Source: Psilocybe cubensis
Lineage: Eukaryota
Assembly: GCA_017499595.2 (NCBI GenBank)
Contig: CM039009.1
Coordinates: 434,001 to 498,000, forward strand
Length of the DNA stretch: 64,000 nt
Direction of reading: 5' to 3'
Shown here: positions 23,891 to 36,800 of the stretch, in pieces
Position numbering within the stretch: position 1 is the stretch's first letter
Layout of the letters: every line of letters starts with the position of its first letter
Translations under genes and position numbers: made by a program
The notes under the pieces: generated by a model
What the model saw: only the letters and a program-made list of their open reading frames with translations
Database searches by the model: none
Told to the model about the DNA's origin: nothing

Positions 23891-26614
23891 TAGCGCCAGG
23901 CCGCTGGAGCTATCGGATAAGCCCTATCATCACCTCCTTGTCGGTCTGCTAGTGCTACTCAGTCGAGGTTTGTATCAGAAAAATCCGGAAAACGGATATT
24001 GTAGAAGTGTTCTATCATTATTCCAGCCATTGACTGTACGTTCCTTTATTTTGTCTGTTGAAATTTGTAGTATGGCTTTCCCCCCTTCTTTGGGCTCGCA
24101 CACACACATTTGGGTTGGATCTGTACAAATACCACTTGTACTGTAATATCTAAATGAAGAACCTCCTCGCTTTGATTGGTAGTACCGTCCCGGGCATGCC
24201 GGTGATATTTTTTACGTCGAACTTCGAAGGTGCCCTACAGTTAAACTTGGCTCCTCTGCCTGACAGGCATGGGAATGTCGAAAGATGCCGCGTTGCAGGG
24301 CCGCATCTTCCCATTTACCTTATTGAGCGTGTGGGGGAAAACGGAAGATCAAAGTCACTTGTTAGAAGCTTAGAACGGTATTTTGAATGGTTGGAGAGGT
24401 TCTTGATCGCCAACCGCTTAAAATAGGTTGACATAATACCACACATGAGAGTTGACGCGGTGTCAAGCTGCGTACCAGTGGATCGGCGTATGATTCTTTG
24501 GATGGCTCTGGGTGAGGCCGTGATTATTTCAGGGAGGTGGCTACGAGTTATTGGGAAATTTTGTGCTTTGGGACGGAAACTGGATCCCTTGACTGGCTCG
24601 TCAGTCTTCAGAGGAGGATGACCAGTATTCTGTCACTTCGCGTTCTAATAATTTGTACGTAATGTGAAGCACGAGCGAGAGATTCGAGGGTATTAGTCCA
24701 GGCAGTATAATTATATGTCGGCTGAGTGTAGTGTCTGGAGACTGGGTGGGGTAACTTGGGAAATGCATAGTCGAACCAGTTAGTAAGTGCGTCTGTGTTA
24801 ATTTTTAAGTGATTGTTTCTTTATTTTTTGCCATGCTATCTGCGCGGCTACTTCACGTACACCCAAAATTCGAAAGGCGCTCATTGCCCGCCTGGTGGCC
24901 TTGCGCCTTGCAATATACACCTCCAGCACGTGGTCCATCTAACGGGGGTAAGACCACATAAAGCGGGTTATTCTCCTGCTGCTTGGTTCGATTTTATATT
25001 CTTGGGTAAATCGGGACTCATAAGGTCGACATGGTTAAATTACGTTACCATCTCTGACTTTCAATGTTTTCTATCTCTTAGGCAATTGAAAAGACCTGAG
25101 TTCTGGGTATCAACTTTATTCTGTGACTTCTTTTTATTTTTATTATTGACTTCCGCCGACTCGGCTGTATATCAACGTTGTCGGATATCAGCCCGTTGCT
25201 CGCGATGCTCGCCCTCAATCCTCGGTCATTGACCAAGCGGCCATCTTATGAGTTAGCCAATGCGACTTTCCCCAAAATCGTGTAATTTGGGGTTCTTTAA
25301 TCAGTCAGGGAGTGCACGTTGAAGGGTGCTAATAGTGCCAATCATTCAGCACATTCCAATCACTCTCGTACGAAGGTCGCATATCAGGGATTTAAATAGA
25401 GGTCGAAGGGCATAAATTTCTCCTCGGAAATCCTCGCGCAGTCTACCTCGAAAGGGTCGCTCAGAGTTCATTAGATCCAGAGGGGTCATCTGTATATCCT
25501 TTGCTTTGCATATCCATTTAAAGCATGGATTTATCAGGTCGTAGTTGGGATTCCTTGCTCCTTTTCCACATCCTGTCAGATTCCTCTTTCTCAAGAGATC
25601 TTATGTCTGAGTCAGAACCTTTTAAATCTCTGTTACATCATTCCGTGGTATGCTCTGGTGTCTGGAAATCTGCGGATCGTTTTCAATTTCGCCATCTTTT
25701 GCTATGCCACGGATGTATCACAATGAGTAAATCGGCGATGTAACGTTACCAAAGGAAATTAAATTGTATATCTGGTTCAGTGACTTATCAAGGATACTTT
25801 AAGCACTAACTTCCCTTTTTCCGGGTCTATAGATACTTTATAGCGAGGTGAGGTTATCTACCCGAGGTTTGAACAAAACAGGACATTGCCTTTGCGGGAT
25901 GCGTTACGCCGTCAGGTCCCATTAGTCTGAGAAAATCTCCCTTCATCTAATAAGTCATTTTAATTTATGCAATTCTGCTCGCGCACGACTTTAATTATGT
26001 AGAGCCGTGTCTGGGATGTGAGTGGTAATTGAAACAAGAGTATATCAGGCTCTGTGTGTTACCGACTATTGCTTCCACCGCCGTATTCTTGGAAATATAG
26101 TTTATGCTCAGAAATAGCATGACGGTCGCTTATGTGAGCGTTTAAATCGTTTACCCGCTCTTTAGAATATAACATTCCTTTGAGACAACTTTGAGACTTA
26201 GTAAACAGATTGCCTTCATGCACCATTCGCCACTTCAAGTTTTAGCTTCAAGTTATACGTACTACGAAGCAAGGAAATTAAATTTAGTCCACAAAATTTG
26301 CTGTATATATTGTCTCCCACGTCTTTTCTCTACTTTGGCGTCATTACAGCTTTACAGACTGTAGCTTTCCCTTCAAACATCGGTTTCCGTGCTCTTGCAA
26401 AACGCTGACATAGGAGGCATTACTTAAATTAGAAGGTCGGCCCGACTATTAGTGTCTGATCCGCTCGGCGCTGATAATCACAAACAACCAGACAGCCAGG
26501 GGGGCACAAAGGCCACAAGCAAGCCACAAGCTTGAACAAGATCTGCCAAGAACCGTGGATAGTTGTTGCTCATCGTCAAGGTAGTCGGGTAAGCATTCTC
26601 TTTTGACACCGACC

Positions 26615-29600
26615 ATGTCGTTCTTCAAGTCGACGTTCGAAGCGATTAAAAGCAGTCCTGTAGTGAAAGAGTCGTCAGAACAGATGAGTTTCATCACCAA
26701 AGTCATCGGCCATGCTCGAAACGAAGTTATCGGTGCGTCATGTCCTCTATAGGGGTAAATATACTGCTCATAAGTCATTTTCAGGTCGATGGAATCCTAA
26801 CCGTATGTCTATTCCATCATGTTGGTTGTAAAACGCAGCAGTAATAACAGAGACATTCGATCCGTAAAGGTCGCCACGACGACCCTGAAGAGCAAGCTCA
26901 AGATGAACTGAGAGCACAGATAAGAGCAGGCCATCGATTTACCAGCTTTGCTGCTGAAAGGTCTGGAAACACCGCAAAATGGTACGCTTCAGCCAAAAAG
27001 TGAACTACAGTCAGAAAGCTCACTGGGTCTGGGTCAACTTGATAGGCATGTGGACGGTCATGACTATATGTGGGCTCTCTCTGAGATGATAGATAATGCA
27101 ACGGAGGTCATCTTTATCACTGTACGTTCTCTTTCCTATGGTTTCTTTTGGCACACGACATTCAAAAAATTGGATACTGTCGAAAGGATTGGTGGCTTAC
27201 CCCTGAGTTGTACCTTCGTCGACCTCCTGCCTACTTCCCCGAATGGCGCCTCGACAAACTTTTGAAGAAAAAGGCCGAACAGGGAGTCAAAATCCACGTT
27301 ATCGTATACAAAGAGGTTCGTTTCTATGTCTAACTTTGTATTCACTTTCAGGCTGCCAGTGTTTCTCCGTGATAACATTGATATGTTTAGGTTACGCAAA
27401 CCATGTCAATGAGCTCTAAACATACGAAAGTGGGTTCTATGCGCTCTAATGACCCCTATAATCTACCTTCTTACCGGTGTATCTTTCTAGAACAAGTTGG
27501 AGGCCCTCCATCCCAACATTACATGTATGAGGCATCCCGACCACATCGGCGCCAAAGGTGTGCCACGATATACCCTTTCAACGCGCTCTATGTATAATTT
27601 TGTTTCTTTCAGACAGTGTTCAATTTTGGTCTCATCATGAGAAAGTGAGTAAAGGCATACAAACTTCCGCATCCTCGCACAACTGATCTTTCTTGTACTC
27701 TTCAGATTGTCATTGTTGACAACCAATATGCAGCTGTTGGCGGTCTAGACTTATGCTTCGGACGCTGGGACACTCACAATCATCCTCTCGCTGATGTCCA
27801 TCCTACCGACTTCTCCAAGACCCTTTTCCCTGGCCAGGACTACAACAATGCTCGCATCATGGATTTCAAGGATGTGTATGATTATGTCAGCAACACGTTG
27901 TCCATCATGGACAATGCAAGAATGCCATGGCATGATGTTAGTACACTGCATACCTGGAGTTCCCGAAGAATCTGATTGTATAATCTCGTTCAGGTACACA
28001 TGACTTTCGAGGGTCCAGCTGTTTTAGATTTGAGTCAACACTTCATTGAGCGTTGGAATGAGATTAAGAAGCGCAAGGCAAGGCATTGCTCTCAGTATAG
28101 GCGTCGTTTATCTCACCTCTGTTTCCCTTTTGGTGTGCGTAGTATCGCGACAAAGAGCAAGTGCTATTTTTACACAACATACCGTGTTCTCTTTTTAATC
28201 AAGGAATTCAGTACTATTGCCTGGCTTGCATTACCCGTTGATCCAGAGTATGCACCGAACGAGGCCGCTGCTCGTACGTTTCAATAATAACCTACATTCT
28301 GCATCATGTCTGACCGCGTACAGGCCACCCTCATCTGGAGCACTGGCGTGAAATTGGCCGTAAATACAGGCAACGCTGGCACGGACCACCTCACGAGCCA
28401 GAACGAAGCCAGCGCGAGCGCGAGGAATGCGGCACTGGTCGCGAACGTCAGCCGGGCAAGAAGACTGCAAGAATTCAGGCGATTCGAAGTGTTTCAGATT
28501 GGTCTCATGGAGTCCTGACGGAAGCTAGTATCCAAGAAGCCTGTACGCAATGTTTTGAACCGTTGTTCAAAGGTTGTTTATTCATTGAAAACAAATTTGG
28601 ATGCTGCAGACATCCAATTGATCAGAGAAGCTGAGCATTACATCTATATCGGTAAGTTGCTGACCAGTAATACATTTAATGTGGGTTGCTAATGATTTTT
28701 TTAGAAAATCAATTTTTGTAGGTTTGGTTGGTATTCCGCCTATTTTTGAGATGCTCATTGAATCTGAAGCATCTCTGCGACCAAAACTGGCGGATCTGTT
28801 ACCAACCAAATCGGGGCCGCTCTTGTTGAGCGCATCGTCCGTGCCGCACAAGAGGGCAAGAAGTTCAAGGTCGATACAAACATTCCAAAGCTCCACATAA
28901 ATTAAACTCATTTTTGTTTCTAAGGTTGTTGTAACGATTCCGGAAGTTCCTGGATTCGCTGGCGATGTCAAAAACGAGAGTTCCATCAAGATTATCATGG
29001 CTGCTCAATATAGGACTATCAATAGGGGTGGAAGTAGCATCTACGAAGAAATCCGAAAGGCTGGTTACGAGCCGTAAGTTCGGATTGTTCTCAGAAATTG
29101 AAAATAAGTAATGTGTATATTCTCCAGGATGGATTATATACGCTTCTATCATCTGCGTTCCTATGACAGGATCAACGCCCCTAAAGGTATGATATATTTT
29201 TTTTGGGTCTTCAACACCATTAATTTTTTTTCGTTGATCAGGATTCATCAACAAGATGGAGGAGACTTCTGGTGTCAAGTTCCACGAAGCTCAAGTGGCA
29301 TTGTCGAGGCAGTGGGTTGCCGGAGATGAGCTCACTACCCAGAGGCAAATTATCCTTGTTGTCCCTGAAGAAGAGAGCTTGGTCCCCGCTGATAAGTCCA
29401 AAGCCCAAAGTACGATCAAAGTAGACATTCCAGTAGACGACAACGCTGCTCGTGAGGTCGTTGAGAGATTCGAGAATGGAGCACGCGATCTTCGCTCCGA
29501 TGAACCTGTTGCAGACTCAGTCGCGCAACACATGCTTGACGACAAGACCTCTTTGCTCGACGAGCAGTGGTTAGGTACAGAGGAGGAAGAACTTAATGCG

Positions 29601-30609
29601 TATGTATACATCTCCCAAATTGAGATAATGTTCTTACTCGCCTTTTCTTTGTTTAGATACGTCTCTGAATTGTTGTATATTCACTCCAAATTGATGATTG
29701 TTGACGACCGCCGTGTCATCGTGCGTTTATGCCTTTTCTTTAAAAAATGGTTCTAAATATCCACTCTATGTAGATTGGATCTGCCAATATCAACGATCGC
29801 AGTCAGAAAGTAAAATAGTCCATTTTGATCCTGGCAATGTATCTGACCTACTGTTTGAACAGGGTGATGGAGATTCTGAAATAGCTCTGGTTATAGAGGA
29901 TGATGATATGATCAATTCCACGATGGACGGCGAACCCTATGAGGTTTCCCGCTTTGCTGCCACTCTTCGCCGCCAGCTCTACAAAGGTGGGTAAATTAGT
30001 TAAATCTCATCGCTATCGTAACTGGGGAGAATGTTAACGTTTATTTTTAGAGCACCTTGGTCTTATCCCCCCACAAACGTGTGCGGAGCGCAACCCTGAG
30101 GTAACGTCCTTCATGCGCCCAGCGCCTTACCCCAACAGGGACGATACGCACACGCGCGAAGACCGCCTTGTGGCGGACCCCATTTCCGACGATACCGACA
30201 TGCTTTGGAAAGAAACAGCTCGTAAGAATCGTGAGGTGTTCTCGGAACTCTTCCGTCCTGTCCCAACCAACTTAGTTCGCAACTGGGACGCATACGATGT
30301 AAGCAACCTTGACATGATCATGCTCCGATCTCGAAGTGTTGACCATTTCGTGCATCAGAAATACCGCCCTAAGGGTGTCAAGACGGGCCATGTTGTCCCC
30401 GGGATTCCGCTGGAACGCGTCAAGAAGCGCCTTGACCAAGTTAAAGGTGCTTTAGTTGAATGTCCATTGGTCAGTTCCCTATATAGTTCATGGAAGGTTT
30501 ACGTGTTTATTTACTCCCTTTTAATTAGGACTTCCTCATCGAGGATAGGGATCTAGTCACTGGCGCTGAGTGGACCCACCTAAACCCTACTCTGCCTATC
30601 TACATTTAA
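26615..30609 (+). CDS. Phospholipase D (short form, no obvious PX/PH domains)
   Basis: Two HKD motifs after splicing: WSHHEK|IVIVDNQYAAVGGLDLCFGRWD and YIHSKLMIVDDRRVI|IGSANINDRSQK|GDGDSEIA. Also DWWLTPELYLRRP and RMPWHD. Stop TAA at 30607-30609. The start codon is inferred. Confidence 0.92.
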
Positions 30610-30881
30610 CCGCCAGCCGCCAGCAAAGAAGCATAACCCAAACAACTTTTCATTTAATTGTAACAACAAATAGAATAGCGCCCGATTCTTCTCTGATAGA
30701 GCTTGCAAATATATCAGAACTCTTACCTCAGTACTTACGCTCAGTGTTAAGCTCTCAGTGTTGAAATCCAAGCAGTTAAGTAAAGTGTTATAAAATTATA
30801 CGAAAGTGAAAATCGAATACATGAAACCCACGAAGATAAAATAAAATACAAAATAGAGGGGTATCGCAGAAAGAAAGAAAA

Positions 30882-33800
30882 TCAAGCCGCTCCGTAGTTC
30901 TCGAGAATGTGGTTGATCATGTCGCCAATAGAGTAGGCATCGGACAAGTAAACCATCGGGATGTCAACCTCGAACTCCTTCAGAACCTGTCCTTTGAATT
31001 GAGCAAATGTGATAGAATCAGCTCCACATGAAGTCAAAGGCTCTGCGATATCTATTGGTTTCATGGTCAGAAAGGAACAAGAGATTTGAAAGAAATCAGA
31101 TAACATACCAAGTTGTTCGCTGGGTTGCAACTCAAGAGCAACACGCAAGATGTTCGTAATAATCTTCTTCGCCTCTGCTTCCGAGAGCTTGGCCTTGCTT
31201 GAAGCTTTGGGCGTAGAGAGGAAAGGCGCGAAGAAGGGATCCTTGGCATAGGCAGGAGTGGCAGCCAGCTTAGTCGGATCCATACGGGCAATGACCTGCA
31301 GAGGGATAGGAATCATCATAGCCTTCATGATGAGAGGGAGACCTTCGTCGTGTTTCATGAGAAACGCGAAGCTGTTGTTCATATCAATGTTGCTAATCAA
31401 CTTTGATTCCCAAGCCCCCAATTGCAGGGACGTTCCAGGCAATCCTGAGTTGTGACGATACGCGGCCAGAGAGTCCATGAATGAATTAGCGGATACATAG
31501 GCAATTTGGCCAGGGTTTCCAACAAGGACGCTGCAAAAAGATAAGAAAAAAACATAAACAAAGAATGTAAATTGACTTACTTTGTGCTGCTGCAAAGAAC
31601 GAAAGAATCCAGGGCAAGATTGAGTTCCTGACTGGCAAGATGCAGGTTCCACGATCCGACGACCTTGGGACGAAGGACGCCTTCAAATGCTGAGGGGTTC
31701 GTAGATTTGATGGTGGAATCGTTGACTACAGCGGCGGCGTGGATAATGTTTTTAATGCCCCCATGGACGTAGTTGATGTCGGCCAAGGCCTTCTTGACCG
31801 ACTTCAAGTCGCAAACGTCGACTTGCTGGTAAAGGCAATGAGCCCTGACTTTTTCTGGGAGGTTGGAAAGCTCCTTGCGAATCTGAAGTAAATATTAGAA
31901 AGGGGGAAAGAAAAGACATAAAACCACACACCGCTTCGTTGGACTCCTCCCTTCTCCCGAAAAACACAACCTGATTAACGCCCGACTCGACCAGACTGAC
32001 AGCCAACGCGATCCCAATACTTCCCAAGCCAACAATAACCGTCGTTCCTGATGGCGATCTGGAAGGAGTTTGCTCAATTTCTTCCAGAGTAGGGACCAAG
32101 CGAGTGAGAGTCTGGTCAGGGGCGTTCTGACGATAGCTAACGAAGGCGTCGGCATAGGTGGAATTGTAACGGGCCTGGATCTCGTTCTTCAAGATTTCTT
32201 GCAGCTTGTGAGAGTTCAAGGTATCAAGGTGGGGAAGGTCCAAACACCAAGCAGCGAGGTCGAGACCACTTTCACGTCGGAACACACGCACCATGCCCTG
32301 AAGAACGGCACCAATGAGAGAGGCGGGGGATATTTTGGAGTCCGAGAAGAGATCGAGTCCTTCTTTGTAAAGATCGACAGGGGTAGAAGCGCAAGTAAGG
32401 GCTAAGAAGCTTGTGATGTGAAGCTTACGAGCGATCATCAGCTTCAAGAACGAAAGAACTTCCAAACATAAGGTGCTGAACCCTTCAGAGCCAGGAAGAT
32501 TGACCGACTTCGAAAGGTCGAGAACAACCAAAACATCTTGGCCTCGCAAAGTAGAAGGAAGAGTCTCGAGCTTGCTGCATGGTACTGATTTGACCTTGGG
32601 ATGCTCCTTCGCGTCGTCGTGAGACAAGTGCGGAAGCTCAACAGAGATAGCATCCTTGGCCGATGAAGAGAGAGCAGCCAGAACTCTGGACGCGCTGCCA
32701 TTACCCAAATACAACAGCTCATCGAAGCGATGGACGGGAGTGGTTTGAGGTGGGAGGCTCTGGCTAGCCCATCCATTTCGGAACCAGTTTTTGGCTACTG
32801 TGTTTGGCTTCTGCTCCTTGTGGACCACACCGCGAGGAACCCAAGCAACGGAATACTTCTTGCATGACACAAGAAGAGTCCCCGTCTCTGAAAAGACTTC
32901 GAACGATGCGGTCAAAAGACGGGCGCCACGACCAACCTCCAGGGGAAGTTTGTAACGGCAGGTGAAGTTGTATGGCATATCGTCAGTGTGCAAAGCGAAA
33001 TCTTCCAGAGAAGCAGGGAGATAAGCTCCAGCGCTGTCGTCCATAGGAGGAGCAACCCTAGAAGATATAGCTCCGAACATGTGAAGACACGCGTCAAGCT
33101 TCCTAATGCGATCGTGCGCAGGATTTCCGGTAACATCGACGCGAATATCTCCGTCGGCGTGGTCGTCCCAGATTCTCACTTCCTGAACAGTGCGGAAAGG
33201 ATCGCCGAACTGAACGTTCTTGAAACATTCGTAGATCTGAGCCTTTGACATCATTTGAGAAGGAATAACTTCGGGCTCCTTGTTCAACGCCTTGGAAGAG
33301 TGGGAGGAGGGCTTCTCTGACAGAGTTCCTGAGCAAATATGCGTATTCTCGAGATCTTGCTGAACAAGCTTGAATGCCCCTTGCTCGTCAATCTCAGAGC
33401 GCACTTGGGTCTCTGGAGTTTCCAAAATGAGAGGCGTGTGGAAGCGAACAGTCTTCACAGCCTTAGTAGGAGAGGCACGAGCAAAGAAATCCACCATAGC
33501 AGCGCCTGGTAAGACACGACGACCTTCGATCTTGTGGAGGTCCAAGAAATCGCAAAGAGCCTGGTCGACGACGAAAGCTGGTGCAGCCTTGGTTTGCATG
33601 CTGGAAGCTTGTTGCTGAGGTGCCGAAATCAGAACTGAATTGCGAGATGCGATGTATGCGGGATAATTGTAAAGGCGTTGGAAGGGGTATGTTGGGAGAT
33701 CCGTTGTCACAAACTTGTACGGCATTTGGGCGAATAAGGCATCGAATTCGATTGTGAAGCCCTTCTCATGTAGAGAGGCAAGAGCGGCAAGCATCGCGAC

Positions 33801-36800
33801 GATTTGATCCTTGCCCCGTTTGCCAGTAAAGGCAAGGCGTGATTTGCCAGCGAACTCGGGTGTTTGCATGTTCGACCAGATAGTTGGTTGAGGTCCAACG
33901 TCGACAATAACATCAACCGAGGATGTCTTGGTGGCGACTCGGGCGGTCTGAACGAATCTGACTGGGTTTTGAGCATGTTCGACCTGAACAACAGTCAGAA
34001 TGCAATATATACAAATAAACTCGAAGAGCGTACCCAGTATTGAGTATCAAGACACTGATGCTTTGGTATCTCCTTGCCACGTAGCGTTGAGAAGAATGGT
34101 TTCTCAAGTTTGCTAATAGCGGCGTCGTGCTCGTCCAACCAAGTCCTGAGAGCAGGCAAGGCATGTGCAATGGATGGGCTGTGGAAGCCTGTGAAAGAAC
34201 AGTCAGAAATTATTGACATGCGGGGCGAGAAGCTGAGTTACCTTGATCGATGTTGAGCTTTGTCGTCCTAAGCCCATCCCGTTTCACAGCAGCCATAAGC
34301 TTTTCGATTGCCTTCAATTCTCCAGATACAACGTGAGCATCTGCGCCGTTATATACAGCAAGCGCAACGCGGTCTTTGATGCCGAGAGTATCGATGTAAC
34401 GAGCGACCTTATCTTCAGAGGCAGCGATAGCAGCCATTCCCGCCGGCTTAGCAGGGTCCGCTCGGAGAAGTTTGGATCTGATGACCACAAACTGTAAACC
34501 GATTTCGAAGCTGAATGCACGAGCAACGACTGTACAAAAGGGTGTTAAACTTCAAATTTCAAAAAAAGCTGGAAAACGACACACCCGCTGCAGCGATTTC
34601 TCCAAGACTGTGTCCCATGACAGCATGGGCCTGAATACCAATGCTCTCGAGCCACATGGAAATGGCATATTGGAAAATGAAGATGCAAACTTGCGCGACC
34701 TCACTTTGATCGATGGAAAGCTTGCTAGGTGAAGATTCTTCGACAAGGTAAGGAAGGATCGGGTATCCAGTCAACGCCGAGGCCTTATTTGCCGCGTCCG
34801 TAATGATATTGCGGAATCCGGAATACTGGTTGGCCAAATAGCGACCCATACCTTGATATTGAGAACCTTGTCCTGGGAATCCAAGTAGAATGCGACGCGC
34901 ATTTCCTCCAGCAGGCGAGGATGTGTTCTGGAGACGGTCCTCGAGGCGAGCGATCAAATCTTGCATATTCGAAACAACGCAAGCAAAGCGGTAACGATAA
35001 TGTTCACGGCCAATGCAAGTTGTGTAGCAGATTGAATGGAAATCGGACGCAGGCGCATTGAGACAGAAATCAAGATAATTCTCGAGGTATTGAGTGAGGC
35101 CGTCTTGAGTCTTCGCGCTGACAACAAACATCATTGGGATAGACTCAGGAATAGAGGGCGAAGGGCGAGGCTTCATGTCTTCTGTGGGAGCTTCCAAAAT
35201 GGCGCCAGCGATGGAGCCTGCAAAGCCGTTTGAACTGATTACATGTCGTCAGAAAATAGAATGCAATCATGAAACAAGGCAACGTACAGAATAAGGGCGC
35301 GCAAAGGAAGAGAATTCTCCGTTTTGAGGGGTACTTCTTCATAAGGAATGTGAAGAGGGACGACGCTACAATCAAGCGAAGGGTTCATGTTGTCCTTGGT
35401 CAGCTGAACAAGACCCGGCATCGTTTCGTTGGTGAAGGATCCCAATGTTTTAAGAACTCCAATCAACCCAGCGACTAATTCGGCATGTCCGACACACGAT
35501 TTCACAGCGCCGACAACGAGAGGTCGGTCGGGCGAATGGGATTTCTCAAACACCTCATTGATTCCTTGAATCTCGATAAGGTCTCCCAAAGATGTACCTA
35601 TTACCGGACAGTCAGCCATCTAATTGGATTTCGTTATATAACGGTGCTTACCAGTTCCATGCGACTCGATAAAACTAGGAAAAGATAAGGAACTATTAGA
35701 ATGATAACAATTCGTGCTGCGACATGTTGACGTACTCGATCTGAGAAGGCGAAAGTTGAGCCTTTTCCAGAAGGGCAATTTGCATGGCAATCTGAGCTTT
35801 AACGTTCGGAGCAACGAGACCTTGAGATCTTCCGTCATGTTTGACATCAGTTGACCTAACCACGCCAATGATCCTATCGCCGTCCCTCAAGGCAGCGCTT
35901 TTCGTCTTCAAGATGAGGCCTGCAGCAGCCTCAGACGGGACGTACCTGTAGATGTTTGATCAGAAACGACGATGATACAAGTTGAGCCACTAATGCACTT
36001 ACCCGTCTGCCATGTTTGTGAAGGTTGCACAACGAGAGTTTGCTGAGGTCATCTTTTGGGCAGACAAAAAGCCAAGAGTGCCAGGCCTGCGATATATGTT
36101 TAGGTTTCGAGTTATTGCACAGTCAAATACAGAACATACCACGCGTGGGTATTAGCTCCGCAAACAATCGCGGATTCTCCTTCTCCAGAGTGTAGGTATT
36201 GGACAGCTATCATTATTTACTAGTTAGCAATTGGTCCTGATAAGAATTCATCAGACGTACCTTGATCAAAGGCGATCAAACCTGAGCTGCAGGCGGTGTC
36301 AATCGTTATCGAAGGGCCATGGATATCGAGCAAACTAAAAGAAAGTTAGACCTATAACAACCGTCTAACAAAGCTTCGAGAGCATACTAGCTGAGGCGTC
36401 CACAGGCAGTGCTAGTGGCAACACCGGTGCCGTAAAATCTAGTGTAAGCTGTAGCAAACGGTTGGTCAATAACTTCGAGGAATAGCAAGAAAAAACACTC
36501 ACCACCCCAGCCTTTATCAGCAAACAGGAGCTTGAGGTAGCCCTCATCCATGGAAGCGGCGACAAAAACGGCCATATTGGTGCCCTTAATCTTAGAAGGA
36601 GTGATGTTGGCATTCTCCAGAGCCTCGAACGCGATCTCCAAAGACAGACGGATGTTAGGAGAGACATGAAAGGCCTCAGCTGACGAGATCCCGAAGAATG
36701 AGTGATCGAAGCTCTCGTATTCGACAAAACCAGCCTTCTCAAGAGTGATATCGCAAGGTGAAGGTGGTTCCTTGGAGTCCGGTGCACGATAGAAGCTGGC

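Noticed and set aside
23900-26600. Gene between the 7TM protein and PLD
   Set aside because: Only short ORFs with no motifs or consistent splice pattern.
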